A DNA stretch of 32,458 nt from an uncultured Desulfobacterales bacterium (GTDB taxonomy: Bacteria; Desulfobacterota; Desulfobaccia; Desulfobaccales; 0-14-0-80-60-11), in the NCBI GenBank assembly GCA_964561645.1, contig CAZLRL010000001.1, forward strand, positions 1-32,458, written 5' to 3'. Each line of letters begins with the position of its first letter. Within the stretch, counting starts at the first letter, position 1. The position numbers were made by a program, and so were the translations under genes. The notes under the pieces are model-generated. The model saw only the letters and a list, made by a program, of their open reading frames with translations. It was not told where the DNA came from and did not search any database. Below, one piece after another: positions 1 to 7,686 of this stretch.

Positions 1-1145
1 AGGCGGCCGTCTTCACCCCCGGCCTCGGCCAGTTCCTGGGCCAAACCCTCGTTTTTCTCCGTTTGAATGACAAAGCGGCTGGGCCCCTCGGTGTCGCCCA
101 GCGGCAGGACATGGCACGAAACCCGGGCAAAGGGGGCGCGCCTCTCCTCCCAGGCTACCTCGTCCAGCCACCCGGAGGGTTCGCCCGCGGCGTCGGCGGC
201 CAGTTTTTCCAGGGCCGGGCCCAGGTTCAGGGGGTCCCACTCCACCACCAGGGTTTCGGGGGGCAGGTAATCCCATAGGGTCTGGGTCTCGGGATAGAAT
301 TCCGCCAGATGGCGCTCGATGCCCGAGAAATGAATGCCCTCCTGAACGTGATGCCAGAACCGGGGGTCCCGGCGTTTGCTCCGTCCTTGCAAGGCCTGCT
401 CCCGGGCCGCGTCGTCCAGGATGACTTCGCTGGCGGGCAGCACCACCAGGTCCTCCAGGGACCCCTGGGAGCGCTGGGTGGCCGGATCAAAAAAGCGCAG
501 GGACTCGAGGGTATCCCCCCAGAACTCCAGGCGCACCGGGCGCTCGTACAGAGGCGGAAATAAATCAATCACCCCGCCCCGGACGGAAAATTCCCCCCGG
601 TCTTCCACCAGGGGCCGGCGTTCGTAGCCGCCGTTTTGCAGCCGGCCGAGAAATTCCTGCCGGGCAACTTCCTCCCCGATGACCAGGTACAGCCAGGCTT
701 CCTGGAGCACGTTTTTGGGGGGCAACTTTTCCCGCAGCGCCGCGGCGGAAGCCACCAGAAAAAAGGGCTCCCGGGAGGTCAGGGCCAGGTAGGCCCCGGC
801 CAGACGGGCGGAGCTTACCTCGGCATCCAGCCCCAGGGGGCGGAAGGAGAGAATTTCGTGGGCCGGAAACCAGCCCAGCCCGGGCCAGGGTCCCGCAGGA
901 CCGGAATTGCCGGCCCCGAAAAAAGTCAGATCCTTGAAAAAAATTTCGGCCGCCTCACCCTGAGGGGTGATCAGAAGTATGGGGCAGCGGAGGGTTTGAC
1001 CCAGGCGGCTCAAAAAATAAGCTCCGGCCACAGGGTTGAGGCCGAAAAGATCGACCTCCCGGTATCCCCGGGCCAAAGCCTGGGCCACCTCCTGCCACCT
1101 GAAGCTGGAAAAAGACTGGCGCTCCATATAGTGAAGCTTAGGCAT
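1..1145 (-). CDS. mfd: Transcription-repair coupling factor Mfd, N-terminal ~381 codons (rest lies beyond the window start)
   Basis: The minus-strand frame is open from the ATG (complement of cat at 1143-1145) to position 1. It is absent from the ORF track because it has no stop inside the window. My translation: MPKLHYMERQSFSSFRWQEVAQALARGYREVDLFGLNPVAGAYFLSRL...LITPQGEAAEIFFKDLTFF...RPLVEDRGEFSVRGGVIDLFPPLYERPVRLEFWGDTLESLRFFDP. The GEFxxRGGxxDxFP and RxEFxGDxxExxRxFD motifs are typical of the UvrB-like N-terminal region of Mfd. Confidence 0.8.
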   Translation of the reverse strand, partial: MPKLHYMERQSFSSFRWQEVAQALARGYREVDLFGLNPVAGAYFLSRLGQTLRCPILLITPQGEAAEIFFKDLTFFGAGNSGPAGPWPGLGWFPAHEILSFRPLGLDAEVSSARLAGAYLALTSREPFFLVASAAALREKLPPKNVLQEAWLYLVIGEEVARQEFLGRLQNGGYERRPLVEDRGEFSVRGGVIDLFPPLYERPVRLEFWGDTLESLRFFDPATQRSQGSLEDLVVLPASEVILDDAAREQALQGRSKRRDPRFWHHVQEGIHFSGIERHLAEFYPETQTLWDYLPPETLVVEWDPLNLGPALEKLAADAAGEPSGWLDEVAWEERRAPFARVSCHVLPLGDTEGPSRFVIQTEKNEGLAQELAEAGGEDGR

Positions 1146-1281
1146 TGGTTACAGTTTTCGGTTTGCGGTTTTTTTGTTGATTCGTGGCAAGTGGATCGGT
1201 TTCACCTGCCACCTTTATTCATATGGACATGAAACTTGTATATGTCCCGACAGATTATCCTTAATAAAGGAAAATCCTGGT

Positions 1282-1329
1282 GGCACAGGTTTTCAACCTG
1301 TGCCGGCACAGGCTGAGCCTCGCGGCTAC
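1282..1329. repeat. Two adjacent REP-like GC-rich hairpins
   Basis: ggcacaggt-tttca-acctgtgcc (1282-1304) has a 9-bp stem. It is followed directly by ggcacaggctgagcctcgcggctac (1305-1329). This second unit, with its 3' flank to ~1337, resembles the core of the 122-bp MITE-like element (ggcgcaggctgaagcctgcggctacatttt). Confidence 0.7.
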
Positions 1330-1564
1330 ATTTTTTGTCCGGAATGGGTTTATTTGCAAAAATCCTACCGGATACCACTGGTGCCACTCGGGCTTGTCAT
1401 AATTTTGAAAAAGCTCCCCGGCTCCTGAGCGACTGCCTGGTATTACTCCTTGCCGGACGCGCCTGACGCGCCAAAAACGGGGCCGGTACCGCACCCCGGA
1501 ATTATTGGCGGATTTTACTGTTCCTTCCAACCTTCAGGTATCGTTGTGATAACCCGGATGTTAG

Positions 1565-1686
1565 CTCATACCAAGTTGCTGCCATATGGGTAACAAAATG
1601 TAGCCGCAGGCTTCAGCCTGCGCCTTGGGCACGGCAAGCCGTGCCCCTACATTAAAATTACTTGTCTGACGGCAATTTGGTATCAG
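1565..1686 (-). mobile_element. MITE-like 122-bp element, copy A (inverted relative to copy B at 31448-31569)
   Basis: The reverse complement of 1565-1686 matches 31448-31569 at 117/122 positions by hand alignment. Similarity stops sharply at both ends. The ~21-nt terminal inverted repeats are ctgataccaa(a/g)ttgccgtcag and its complement. Two internal hairpins are gggcacggc/gccgtgccc and gcaggc-tgaa-gcctgc. There is no coding capacity. Confidence 0.85.
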
Positions 1687-2006
1687 CTATTTTCGCTGAC
1701 AATACTGCACAACTCACACCACCACGTTATCTCGCCACGCCGCAAGGGCAATTTTTATATTATACCTTATTTTATCAGAGTTCTCTTGCCGGAGTTGGGG
1801 GGAACCGGGAGAAAGGCAGGAGTTCTCGACCCCGGAACCCTCTTGGCGTCAATTGGGCTCTGACCTGAAATGAGACGATCTAGACCTAAAAATACCTTGA
1901 GAAAAGGGGATTGGCAAGACGCGGGACGGCAGCCGATAGGCAACTTTTTCCGGGAGGGCCAGAGAAACTAATCTTTAATGTGTAGTAATTACAGGATATT
2001 AAATAA

Positions 2007-2022
2007 TGGCACTCCCTTTGCA
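2007..2022 (+). promoter_or_regulatory. Sigma-54 (RpoN) -24/-12 promoter for the flgF operon
   Basis: TGGCAC-tccct-TTGCA matches the TGGCAC-N5-TTGCW consensus exactly. It lies ~50 nt upstream of the flgF ATG (2072). Confidence 0.75.
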
Positions 2023-2071
2023 GAAGTTGTAGTCGAACACATCGGGCTGGTCAAAGCCCAGGAGGCAGTAG

Positions 2072-2803
2072 ATGGACATCGGTTGGAACATGGCCACTTA
2101 TATGGGTGTTCGGGCTCTGAAGGAGCTGGAAATGGTCAGCCACAATCTGGCCAATGCCAGCACCACGGGATTCAAGCGGGAATTGCTCGGTAATTGGGAA
2201 GTCACCGCCCCGCGGACCATCGGCCCGGGCCCGCCCGAGGCCGCGCATTATGTGGACGTGCGCAGCCGGGATTTTTCTCAGGGTGCCATCCACGAAACCG
2301 GCGGTGAAACCGATTTGGCCATCCAGGGCAAGGGATTTTTCAAAGTCCAGACCCCCGAGGGCTTCCGTTACACCAGAAACGGCAGCTTTGACCTTAATCG
2401 CGATTTTCAGTTGGTGACCAAAGAGGGTCATCTGGTGATGGGAAAAAATGGCCCTATTTCCATGGACTCCCGGAACAAATATTTCGGCTTCGACCTCGAG
2501 GGCGGCATCCATATGGACCAGAACCTGGCCGACGAAATCCTGGTGGTGGACTTCCCCAATCCCCAGGACCTCCGCACGGAGGGCCGCACCTGTTTCGCTC
2601 CCGGACCCCAAACCGGGGAAGAAATGGAGGCCAAGGACTTTAAAGTCGTCCAGGGGAGCATCGAGGAGAGCAACGTGGACCTGGTTGCCGAGTCCATAAA
2701 CCTGGTTGATATTCATCGGCGGTATGAATCTTACATAAAGATTTTAGAAACATTCACAGCCCACGACCGCAAAGTCGTGGAAGAAATCGGGCAGCAAGCC
2801 TGA
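2072..2803 (+). CDS. flgF: Flagellar basal-body rod protein FlgF
   Basis: 243-aa ORF. The N-terminus has the rod-family motif (HNLANASTTGFKRE) and the C-terminus has VVQGSIEESNVDLVAESINLV. AGGAGG lies 6 nt upstream of the ATG. It is the first gene after the sigma-54 promoter, directly before flgG. Confidence 0.9.
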   Translation: MDIGWNMATYMGVRALKELEMVSHNLANASTTGFKRELLGNWEVTAPRTIGPGPPEAAHYVDVRSRDFSQGAIHETGGETDLAIQGKGFFKVQTPEGFRYTRNGSFDLNRDFQLVTKEGHLVMGKNGPISMDSRNKYFGFDLEGGIHMDQNLADEILVVDFPNPQDLRTEGRTCFAPGPQTGEEMEAKDFKVVQGSIEESNVDLVAESINLVDIHRRYESYIKILETFTAHDRKVVEEIGQQA

Positions 2804-2821
2804 GACGGCAGGGGGTAAGGG

Positions 2822-3604
2822 ATGTTTCGAGGCATGTTTTCCGCAGCCACCGGTATGGGAGCCCAGCAATTGCGGCTCGACATCATTGCCAACAATTTGG
2901 CCAATGTCAATACTACCGGCTTTAAAAAGAACCGAGGGGACTTTGAAGACCTGATGTATCAGACCGTCAAGCCGGCAGGGGGCGAGCTCCCCGGCGGCGG
3001 TCAGGTGCCCGTCGGCCAGCAGATCGGTCTGGGAGTGCGGCCGGTGGGTATTTCCAAGGTCTTTTCCCAGGGTGATTATGTGCACACCGAAAATGAACTG
3101 GACCTGGCCATTGAAGGCAAGGGCTTCTTCAAGGTCATGAGCAACGGCGTGGAATTTTACACCCGGGCGGGCTCCTTCAAAGTCGACAAAGACGGCTTCC
3201 TCACCACCCCCAACGGCGACCGACTGCAGCCGGAATTCAGTATTCCTCCCGAGACGGTCTACGTCTCCTGCGACAACTACGGCAATATCACCTGCTTCGG
3301 TCCCGACAGCGAGGCCTTGGCCTCCGGGACGATCCCGCTCTATACCTTCGCCAACCAGGCCGGCCTCTACAGCGTCGGGCGCAACCTTTTTCAGCCCACT
3401 GAGGCCTCCGGCGATCCCCTGGAAGGCCAACCGGGTGTGGACGGGGTGGGCACGCTGGCCCAGGGCTACCTCGAGATCTCCAATGTCAACGTGGTGGAGG
3501 AGATGGTCAATATGATCATCGCCCAGCGGGCTTATGAACTGAATTCCAAGGCCATCCAGACGGCGGACGCCATGATGGAGAGGGCCTATCACCTGAAGAC
3601 GTAA
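2822..3604 (+). CDS. flgG: Flagellar distal rod protein FlgG
   Basis: 260 aa. MFRGMFSAATGMGAQQLRLDIIANNLANVNTTGFKK at the N-terminus and GYLEISNVNVVEEMVNMIIAQRAYELNSKAIQTAD at the C-terminus are hallmark FlgG sequences. Confidence 0.95.
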   Translation: MFRGMFSAATGMGAQQLRLDIIANNLANVNTTGFKKNRGDFEDLMYQTVKPAGGELPGGGQVPVGQQIGLGVRPVGISKVFSQGDYVHTENELDLAIEGKGFFKVMSNGVEFYTRAGSFKVDKDGFLTTPNGDRLQPEFSIPPETVYVSCDNYGNITCFGPDSEALASGTIPLYTFANQAGLYSVGRNLFQPTEASGDPLEGQPGVDGVGTLAQGYLEISNVNVVEEMVNMIIAQRAYELNSKAIQTADAMMERAYHLKT

Positions 3605-3616
3605 GGAGGGCTGGTT

Positions 3617-4576
3617 ATGCCGCGGCGGCGCTTGGGTCTTTGGTGGCTGATTCTGGCGGTTCTGCTTTTCCAGGCTGAACTGGCCCACGGCTCTCTGACC
3701 TTTAAAAGCGAGGCCCAGGTGGCCGGGAATTACATCACCCTGTCCAACCTGGCGGACCTGCCTCCCGAGTTGGCCCAAAAATGCGGCTCCGCGCTGGTCT
3801 GGTCGGCGCCTCCTCCGGGCCAGATTTACACCCTGACCCAGGAATTTCTCAAATACCGCCTGGGTCAAATGGGCCTCATCCAATATTTTCCCGAAGCCAC
3901 CCTGCCGGCGGCCATTCAGGTGCGGCAAACGGGGGTGCTCCTTAAAGGCGAAGACGTGGCGGAAACCTTTCGCCGTTATGTCCAGACCCACAATCCCTAT
4001 CCGCCCGACAACCTGCATATCGAGGTATTCCCCTTAAAAGAGCCCATCATCCTTCCGGATGCCCAGGTAACTCTCAAGGCTCTGCCCCCGAGAAATGACA
4101 AAATTCTGGGCGATGTCACCCTGGAAATTGTGGTTTTGCACCAGGGCCAGCCCTTAAAGCGCCTCAAGGTAAACGGCGTGGTGCGGCTGAAACGTCTGGT
4201 GGTCTGTTCCACCCGGCCCTTAAGGGCTGAAGACACCATCGGCCCCGGAGATATTCAGGTCATGCCCCGGGAGGTGACGGGATTGAACCTGAATGACTTT
4301 TATTTCTCTCCCGACCAGGTCCTGGGCCACATCCTGGCCAAAAGTTTGGGGCCCCAGGAGATCCTCACCAGCCGCCATTTAAGCAATCAACCCATTATCA
4401 AACGGGGGGATGAAGTCACCGTGGTTCTGGATCAGGAGGGCCTGGAGGTCTCCACCAAAGGAGTGGCCCGGGAACAGGGTTATCTGGGAAAAAATATCCG
4501 CGTAGTCAATCCCAAAAGTAAAAAGGAATTCGACGCGCTGGTAGTCAATGCCAAAACCGTAAAGGTGCAGCTATGA
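3617..4576 (+). CDS. flgA: Flagellar P-ring assembly chaperone FlgA
   Basis: 319 aa with an N-terminal signal peptide. The C-terminus is SAF-type (IIKRGDEVTVVLDQEGLEVSTKGVAREQGYLGKNIRVVNPKSKKEF). It lies between flgG and flgH, and its stop overlaps the flgH start (ATGA). Confidence 0.85.
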   Translation: MPRRRLGLWWLILAVLLFQAELAHGSLTFKSEAQVAGNYITLSNLADLPPELAQKCGSALVWSAPPPGQIYTLTQEFLKYRLGQMGLIQYFPEATLPAAIQVRQTGVLLKGEDVAETFRRYVQTHNPYPPDNLHIEVFPLKEPIILPDAQVTLKALPPRNDKILGDVTLEIVVLHQGQPLKRLKVNGVVRLKRLVVCSTRPLRAEDTIGPGDIQVMPREVTGLNLNDFYFSPDQVLGHILAKSLGPQEILTSRHLSNQPIIKRGDEVTVVLDQEGLEVSTKGVAREQGYLGKNIRVVNPKSKKEFDALVVNAKTVKVQL

Positions 4577-5274
4577 GCCTGCGTTTTTCCCGCTTCTGGC
4601 TTCTGGGGTTGGTAGTTCTCGTCCTGGGTGGCTGCGGCCATCTTACTTTCGACAAATATGCTCCGGAAACTCCGATTGCCAGCCAGCCTCTGCCCCCGAC
4701 TCCCACGCTCCAGGAAGGCTCTTTGTGGAACGGCAGCCAGCCTGACGGGTTGGCCTCGGATAACCGGGCCTCCACGGTGGGCGACCTGGTCACCATCAGC
4801 ATCACGGAGACCTCCAAAGCCAGTGAAATCGCCAATACCAATACCAGCCGGGACTCCGGGGTCAAGGTGGGAGTTGCCTCCTTGTTCGGCCTCAGTTTTC
4901 CCATGAAAGCCTTTACCAATAAAGATGTGGATGTGGACACCGCGTTGGAAGGCACGGTGGGCAACGTTTCCAAAGGCGAGGGCAAAACGGAACGCCAGAG
5001 CAGTTTCACCTCCTTCTTGACCGCCAGGGTAATCCAGGTGCTTCCCAACCAGAACATGGTAATCCAGGGTCGGCGGCACCTGCGCATCAATAATGAGACC
5101 GAAGTGATGATTCTCACCGGCATAGTCCGACCCCAGGACATCGATCGCAACAACATTGTGCCCTCCACCAAGGTGGCGGAGCCTCGGATGGTGATTTCCG
5201 GCGTCGGCGTAGTGTCCGACAAGCAGAAAGTGGGCTGGGGCCAGCGCATAATCGACCATGTCTGGCCGTTTTAA
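4573..5274 (+). CDS. flgH: Flagellar L-ring lipoprotein FlgH
   Basis: 233 aa with a lipobox (LVLGGC). It carries conserved FlgH blocks (VGDLVTISI, RVIQVLPNQNMVIQG, GIVRPQDI). Confidence 0.92.
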   Translation: MSLRFSRFWLLGLVVLVLGGCGHLTFDKYAPETPIASQPLPPTPTLQEGSLWNGSQPDGLASDNRASTVGDLVTISITETSKASEIANTNTSRDSGVKVGVASLFGLSFPMKAFTNKDVDVDTALEGTVGNVSKGEGKTERQSSFTSFLTARVIQVLPNQNMVIQGRRHLRINNETEVMILTGIVRPQDIDRNNIVPSTKVAEPRMVISGVGVVSDKQKVGWGQRIIDHVWPF

Positions 5275-5289
5275 ACGGATGGCAACGAT

Positions 5290-6444
5290 ATGGCACGTAA
5301 GCACCAACTACATGCTCAGGTTTTTTATCCAGGCTGGTGGCGCCAGGGGCTCTGCCTGCTGGCCACCCTGATCATGATTCTGGGGCCTCTGGTTCAGCCC
5401 GCCGCGGCCATTCGCTTGAAAGACATTGCTAATTTTAAAGGCGTGAGACCCAACCAGCTCATCGGCAACGGTCTGGTGGTGGGGCTGAATGGCACCGGCG
5501 ACGGCACCAACGTGGATTTTAATGTCCAGGAATTGGCTAACATGCTTTCCCATCTGGGGATCAACGCCGACCGGGAAAAGATGAAAGTCAAAAATATTGC
5601 CTCGGTCGCGGTGACCGCCTTGCTGCCGCCCTTCTCCCGGGTGGGCTCCAGAATTGACGTGGTGGTCTCTTCCATGGGCGACGCCAAGAGCCTGCAAGGG
5701 GGCACCCTGCTTCTAACCCCCTTGAAAGGAGTGGACAAACAGGTGTACGCCCTGGCCCAGGGGCCGGTGTCCGTGGGAGGATTCTCCGCCAGCGGCCAGG
5801 CCGGCGGCGGGGTTACCAAAAATCATCCCACTGCGGGGCGCATCACCGGCGGGGGCACGGTGGAAAAAGAAATTCCCCTGGATTTATTGGACAAGGATAT
5901 TTTTACCCTCTCCCTCCACGATGCGGACTTCACCACCTCCCAGCGGGCCGTGACCGCCATTAACAAGGCCCTGCAAGGAACCTACGCCCTCTCCCGGGAC
6001 GGGGGCACCATCAGCGTGAAACTGCCGCCTCAATATAAAGGCCGGGTAGTGCCGTTGTTGGCTTCCCTGGAAAATCTGCACATCAATCCCGATATGGTGG
6101 CCAAGGTGGTTCTCGACGAACGCAACGGCACCGTGGTCATGGGATCCAACGTCAGGATATCCACGGTGGCCATTGCCCACGGCAACCTCATGGTCCGCAT
6201 CAAGGAAAAGCCCCGGATCTCCCAGCCCTTGCCCTTTTCCGAAGGGGAAACCGCGGTGGTCCCGGACAGCACGGTCACGGTCAGGGAAGGGGCAAACCGT
6301 CTCATGGTCCTGCCTGAAGGGGTAAGCATCGGCCAGGTGGTCCAGGCTCTCAATGCCATCGGCGTCACTCCCCGGGACCTCATCGCCATCCTGCAGGCCA
6401 TCAAGGCCGCGGGGGCCCTCCAAGCCGAACTGGAGATCATTTAG
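5290..6444 (+). CDS. flgI: Flagellar P-ring protein FlgI
   Basis: 384 aa. A signal peptide is followed by IRLKDIANFKGVRPNQLIGNGLVVGLNGTGD. The C-terminus LNAIGVTPRDLIAILQAIKAAGALQAELEII is diagnostic of FlgI. Confidence 0.95.
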   Translation: MARKHQLHAQVFYPGWWRQGLCLLATLIMILGPLVQPAAAIRLKDIANFKGVRPNQLIGNGLVVGLNGTGDGTNVDFNVQELANMLSHLGINADREKMKVKNIASVAVTALLPPFSRVGSRIDVVVSSMGDAKSLQGGTLLLTPLKGVDKQVYALAQGPVSVGGFSASGQAGGGVTKNHPTAGRITGGGTVEKEIPLDLLDKDIFTLSLHDADFTTSQRAVTAINKALQGTYALSRDGGTISVKLPPQYKGRVVPLLASLENLHINPDMVAKVVLDERNGTVVMGSNVRISTVAIAHGNLMVRIKEKPRISQPLPFSEGETAVVPDSTVTVREGANRLMVLPEGVSIGQVVQALNAIGVTPRDLIAILQAIKAAGALQAELEII

Positions 6445-6453
6445 GAACGGCTC

Positions 6454-7320
6454 ATGATATCGAGAGTAACGCCACTGCCTCCTTTAACTCCAACCCTTTC
6501 CCAAGGAACGGGTTCGGTCGATACACTTGTGGATAAAACCGGCAGATTTAACCGATTGAAACCTTCCTTCCAGAGACAACTCATGAATCTGGCTAAAGAT
6601 TTCTATCAGAAACACCAGACACCCTTGGTATTAACCGATACTCTCAGAACCAAGGCTGAACAAGCCCAGGTCCATCGGGAAAAACCCAATCTGGCCCTGC
6701 CGGCGGACCATCCCAATGCCATGCATCCCAGGGGACTCGCCGTGGATGTGGATCTGAGTCAAGCCGAGAAATTAACCCCGGAGATGTTGGATAAATATGG
6801 TTTGCATTTACCGGCCCTATCCAAAGGGGAAACCTGGCATATTGAACCCAAAATCAAGCCATCAGGCTCACCTCCATCTTCTCAAAGGGCTTTAGCTTAT
6901 TCCAAGAGTTCCGCTCCGAGGACATTAAGACAGCCAACCCAGCTGTCCGCGTCGTTGAATCTGCTGAGAGAGCAGGGATTGGCCGCAGAGGGGGCGACCG
7001 ATGATCGCTCCCGCCTCCAGGCCGCCATGGAAGTTGAAGCCATTTTTTTGGGCCAGCTCCTGGACCACGGGAGACGGGCCCTGGTTGACCCCGTGAGCCA
7101 AAATTCTAAACAGATGAAAGGGTATCTAAGTATGGCCGACCGTCACCTGGCTCGTTCTCTGGCCGCCGGCGGAGGACTGGGCCTGGCCGCTAAAATAATC
7201 CAAGACCTGGCTCGCACGGAGTCCCATCCTCAAAAGGAGCATGATCATGAAGCAAATCCTCCAGTCTCCGAACGGACCGACGGTCCAGAAAGAGACCTCC
7301 CTCTATCAGGAACTTCTTGA
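6454..7320 (+). CDS. flgJ: FlgJ-like protein: N-terminal M15/VanY-type (LAS) zinc peptidase domain plus C-terminal flagellar rod-binding domain
   Basis: 288 aa. Residues ~40-135 carry LTDTLRTKAEQ, the H-x2-G-x-A-x-D motif (MHPRGLAVDVD, H91/D98) and E-x-W-H (GETWHIEP, H129). These match cell-wall peptidase family M15. Residues ~186-252 (LQAAMEVEAIFLGQLL...GYLSMADRHLARSLAAGGGLGLAAKIIQDL) match the FlgJ Rod_binding domain. It sits at the usual flgJ position after flgI. Confidence 0.75.
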   Translation: MISRVTPLPPLTPTLSQGTGSVDTLVDKTGRFNRLKPSFQRQLMNLAKDFYQKHQTPLVLTDTLRTKAEQAQVHREKPNLALPADHPNAMHPRGLAVDVDLSQAEKLTPEMLDKYGLHLPALSKGETWHIEPKIKPSGSPPSSQRALAYSKSSAPRTLRQPTQLSASLNLLREQGLAAEGATDDRSRLQAAMEVEAIFLGQLLDHGRRALVDPVSQNSKQMKGYLSMADRHLARSLAAGGGLGLAAKIIQDLARTESHPQKEHDHEANPPVSERTDGPERDLPLSGTS

Positions 7321-7651
7321 GTGCCTGGAAAAAGAATGGCATGCCCTCCTCGTCTCCGAGGAGGAGGCCATTTTGAGTCTGGCCGCGCAAAAAGAGCAGA
7401 TCCTCGAAAAAATCAACGAGGTGACCCTGAGCGCGGCTCAACAATCAAGTGACCAGGAGGCCGAACAGCTGCAGCGCCTGAAACGCCATGTGGCTGCGGC
7501 CCAGGCCCGCAATCATCGCCTCATTGCCGCGGCCCTGGAAACGGTGCAGGACTTTTTGGGATACCTGCAAACCGGGTCTCCGGGAACCTATCAGGCTGCC
7601 GGCAAAGTTGACGCCACCCCGGGCAGCTCCTATTTTCATCGTCAAGCTTAA
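7241..7651 (+). CDS. flgN: Flagellar export chaperone FlgN family protein
   Basis: 136 aa, helical, with LYQELLECLEKEWHALLVSEEEAILSLAAQKEQILEKI typical of FlgN. It lies directly upstream of flgK-flgL, the genes for its client proteins. The second ATG at 7247 has better spacing to AAGGAG (7234-7239) and may be the true start. Either start overlaps the flgJ-like 3' end by 74-80 nt. Confidence 0.7.
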   Translation: MIMKQILQSPNGPTVQKETSLYQELLECLEKEWHALLVSEEEAILSLAAQKEQILEKINEVTLSAAQQSSDQEAEQLQRLKRHVAAAQARNHRLIAAALETVQDFLGYLQTGSPGTYQAAGKVDATPGSSYFHRQA

Positions 7652-7686
7652 ACAAGGCCGAGGGTCACTGACCAGGAGCGGATCAC

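Noticed and set aside
63-1232. Several plus- and minus-strand ORFs (for example 636-1232, 198 aa) at the left edge
   Set aside because: The real gene here is the edge-truncated mfd in another minus-strand frame. The listed ORFs are out of frame or antisense and low-complexity.
1281-1296. TGGCAC motifs at 1281, 19941, 20016 and 31380 as additional sigma-54 promoters
   Set aside because: None has TTGC at the -12 position (N5 spacing). Two are simply the 5' arm of REP hairpins.
1662-1868. 68-aa ORF starting inside MITE copy A, and an 80-aa ORF at 31310-31552 running through the REP hairpin and MITE copy B
   Set aside because: They start in or cross repeat elements, have no RBS, and their peptides (for example ...PVHGREWSC..., ...AQAEACGY...) are hairpin translations.
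1931-1938. GCCGATAG as a sigma-28 (-10) promoter element upstream of flgF
   Set aside because: There is no TAAA-type -35 element at the required ~15-nt spacing, and the sigma-54 promoter 70 nt downstream is a far better fit.
2744-4018. 424-aa minus-strand ORF antisense to flgG/flgA. Similar long antisense ORFs are 2051-2716, 4480-5307, 5884-6423 and 7690-8271.
   Set aside because: They lie entirely opposite well-supported flagellar genes. Their Gly/Arg/His/Pro-rich low-complexity composition is typical of stop-poor antisense frames in high-GC DNA. They have no RBS and no recognisable motifs.
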